DNA of 27,657 nucleotides from Candidatus Poseidoniaceae archaeon (lineage in GTDB: Archaea; Thermoplasmatota; Poseidoniia; Poseidoniales; Poseidoniaceae): positions 1 through 27,657 of the forward strand of contig JAQXFJ010000217.1 in the NCBI GenBank assembly GCA_029250385.1, in the 5' to 3' direction. Under the pieces are notes generated by a model that did not search any database, had not been told where the DNA came from, and saw only the letters and a list, made by a program, of their open reading frames with translations. Each line of letters starts with the position of its first letter. Positions within the stretch are counted from its first letter, which is position 1. Both the position numbers and the translations under genes were made by a program. Positions 25,921 through 27,657 of this stretch are shown here, in pieces.

Positions 25921-26532
25921 CTATATAATTTCGTCATAAAATGTGTCCACTATTTTACTTTCGATAGCATGAAGCATAACTGAGATTGTAGATTTGGAGG
26001 AACTGGTAATTTCAGCCAACTGGGTGATTGAAATTTCTCTAGGTATGTTCCAATATCCTTTGCGTTTGGCCAATTCAAAAATCTGTGTTTGTCTTGTAGT
26101 TAGTAGCTTATCATTGCTTGAGCGAGTTGACTTCAAACGCATCGGTATCTCGTCTGAATTTATTTCCTCGATTAATTGTTTAGCTTGACTGGGAGAACAC
26201 TGTATTGTCCAGTCAGCCCATCCATCTATCACTTCAAAAGGAGTTCTTGGGACCACACCAACAACGCGCAAGGCTTTGATAAATCCACCACCTCCACTGG
26301 CTATTGTCACTGTAGCCTTGTTAACGTCAAGTAAATTGACGGACTCCACGCCAGATAAATGCTCTAATTGGTTTAGTAATAGTTCATCAGTACTAATTTG
26401 AGCTGTCCCTCTCCCCTTGCCAAGAGGCATGGTTTCGATTATCTGCAATGTGGATGATGGACTTTCACGAGTAGCTTCGCCAGCCCAATGTCCATCCGGT
26501 AATCGAACTTCAATTCTTACCACTTGGGACAT
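25921..26532 (-). CDS. Bat-like (HTH_10) archaeal transcription regulator, 203 aa
   Basis: C-terminal LTTRQ.QI..LA...GYWNIPREISITQLAE...SSKSTIS..L..IESKI matches HTH_10. ATG 26532 avoids overlap with glpX (alternative 26559). Confidence 0.88.
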   Translation of the reverse strand: MSQVVRIEVRLPDGHWAGEATRESPSSTLQIIETMPLGKGRGTAQISTDELLLNQLEHLSGVESVNLLDVNKATVTIASGGGGFIKALRVVGVVPRTPFEVIDGWADWTIQCSPSQAKQLIEEINSDEIPMRLKSTRSSNDKLLTTRQTQIFELAKRKGYWNIPREISITQLAEITSSSKSTISVMLHAIESKIVDTFYDEII

Positions 26533-26536
26533 ATAA

Positions 26537-27493
26537 TCACTTTTTGTGAATACGGTCATGCCTTGTCAAAGTGCCTGCTTGTACGTCAATTAGTTCTGCA
26601 TAGGTGTGCATATCGCCGTTTTCAAAAATTTTCACACCCGGTAGGTAGCCATCACAAACTCCAGAGGCGACAAAAATCGCGTCATCTGAGCGACATAAAT
26701 CTTTAGCATCCCAAAGCCTGGTTAAATCATCATCTATCATTTGTTCGGCACGCGCTTCTTCTTCATCAGATCTAAACACTAATCGCCCTTCAAAAACACC
26801 ACCGATTCCGCGTAGTGCAGTGGCAGTGATTACTCCTTCAGGTGCAGCTCCAATTCCCAGTAACATGTCATGTTCACCATCTGGTCTTGCAGCCCAAAGT
26901 GCAGCCGAGATGTCACCGTCTCCAAGTAGGTGGAGTTGTGCTCCAACTTGTTTAATCTCCTTGAATAAGTCAGTATGGCGCTTTCTATCAAGTGCAATAA
27001 TACGAACTTCTTCAATTGGTTTGTCTAGCACAGATGCGACTTGTTCGATGTTGTATGCAACCCCTGCATCAAGATTAATGTGGCCTTCCATTTCTGGCCC
27101 TGCGGCAATTTTGTCCATGTAGCAATCAGGAGCGTGGAGCAGAGTGCCTCTTGGTGCTGCTGCTAGAACTGCAATTGAATTTGGTAAGTTATCTGCACAA
27201 TTATTTGTACATTCTAGCGGGTCGACAGCTATGTCGATAGCCGGTACTAGTGGGTTGCCTATTTCTGAACCAAGTTGTTCACCGATAAAGAGCATCGGCG
27301 CTTCGTCCCTTTCACCTTCACCAATGGCGACTCGACCATCGAATGGGACTTTGTCAAACGTACTGCGCATTGCTTCTACAGCCGCATCATCAGCAGCCAT
27401 TTTGTCGCCTTTACCGCGCCATTTTGCACTTGCTATTGCGGCCATGTCCACGGCGTCGAGAAAGTGGTCAGATAGGTCCGATACTGTGCCCAT
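26537..27493 (-). CDS. glpX: class II fructose-1,6-bisphosphatase GlpX, 318 aa
   Basis: GKGDKMAADDAAVEAMR, GEGERDEAPML, DIAVDPLE, DR.RH, DGD and GIGAAPEGVITA motifs. Confidence 0.93.
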   Translation of the reverse strand: MGTVSDLSDHFLDAVDMAAIASAKWRGKGDKMAADDAAVEAMRSTFDKVPFDGRVAIGEGERDEAPMLFIGEQLGSEIGNPLVPAIDIAVDPLECTNNCADNLPNSIAVLAAAPRGTLLHAPDCYMDKIAAGPEMEGHINLDAGVAYNIEQVASVLDKPIEEVRIIALDRKRHTDLFKEIKQVGAQLHLLGDGDISAALWAARPDGEHDMLLGIGAAPEGVITATALRGIGGVFEGRLVFRSDEEEARAEQMIDDDLTRLWDAKDLCRSDDAIFVASGVCDGYLPGVKIFENGDMHTYAELIDVQAGTLTRHDRIHKK

Positions 27494-27541
27494 GTACCAC
27501 TATGGTAATGACCATCCAATGAATGATGCGGTCGGTTTATA

Positions 27542-27657
27542 TCAACCAAATTTCAATTTTTCAATTATTCTCACATCACAAATTTCAGTATTAGGGTACT
27601 GTCCCGTAGAATCTTTTTCAAATGATTTTATCATATCTAGGGCACATAATAGACCCG
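27542..27657 (-). CDS. moaC: MoaC (cyclic pyranopterin monophosphate synthase), 3' fragment only
   Basis: Manual translation from 27655 gives GLLCALDMIKSFEKDSTGQYPNTEICDVRIIEKLKFG*, matching the archaeal MoaC tail (L...DM.K..EKD..GQYP.T.I..I.V..K). Absent from the ORF track. Confidence 0.8.
   Translation of the reverse strand, partial: GLLCALDMIKSFEKDSTGQYPNTEICDVRIIEKLKFG

Noticed and set aside
457-27475. Many short or antisense ORFs in the track (e.g. 457-813, 10482-10961, 20495-20929, 17607-17987, 19616-19972, 26820-27122)
   Set aside because: They lie wholly within well-supported genes on the opposite strand or another frame and show no recognisable motifs; treated as shadow ORFs.
1-27657. 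CRISPR arrays, IS elements and rRNA
   Set aside because: No regularly spaced repeats, transposase motifs or rRNA-like stretches were seen, and intergenic gaps are too short (about 110 bp or less).

Overview
Gene-dense archaeal chromosomal window, most likely marine Thermoplasmatota (Ca. Poseidoniales / Marine Group II). The taxon is inferred from Alba, Bud32, an archaeal MoaC tail, a tRNA-Gly with A73, GAGGTG Shine-Dalgarno sites and protein style; no database search was run. It holds one tRNA-Gly(GCC), about 30 complete CDS and a partial moaC at the right edge that the ORF track missed. I saw no mobile element or CRISPR array. Housekeeping genes: alba, arsC, nadA, bud32, crcB, rdgB, glpX, an ABC pair and a UPF0200 kinase. 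Four parts stand out. (1) 20.1-26.5 kb: two convergent operons that look like a hybrid CoA-epoxide aromatic degradation pathway. They encode a BoxB-type di-iron epoxidase with all six iron ligands, a PaaG-type isomerase in place of BoxC, an ALDH, a PaaH-like dehydrogenase, an EamA transporter, an unknown coupled protein and a Bat-type HTH regulator. A perfect 12-bp palindrome lies upstream of boxB. (2) A cysteine-free Mrp/Nbp35 ATPase whose CxxC finger is replaced by an Ig-like insert, coupled to a four-cysteine DUF971 protein. (3) A type IV pilus-like locus with one ATPase, two platform proteins (one carrying a ~200-aa extracellular FN3-like insert) and two pilin-like genes, one needing a CTG start to have its class III signal peptide. 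(4) A ferritin-like gene with a DtxR-type TTTAG-N6-CTAAA box just upstream. All functional calls come from motif recognition by eye.
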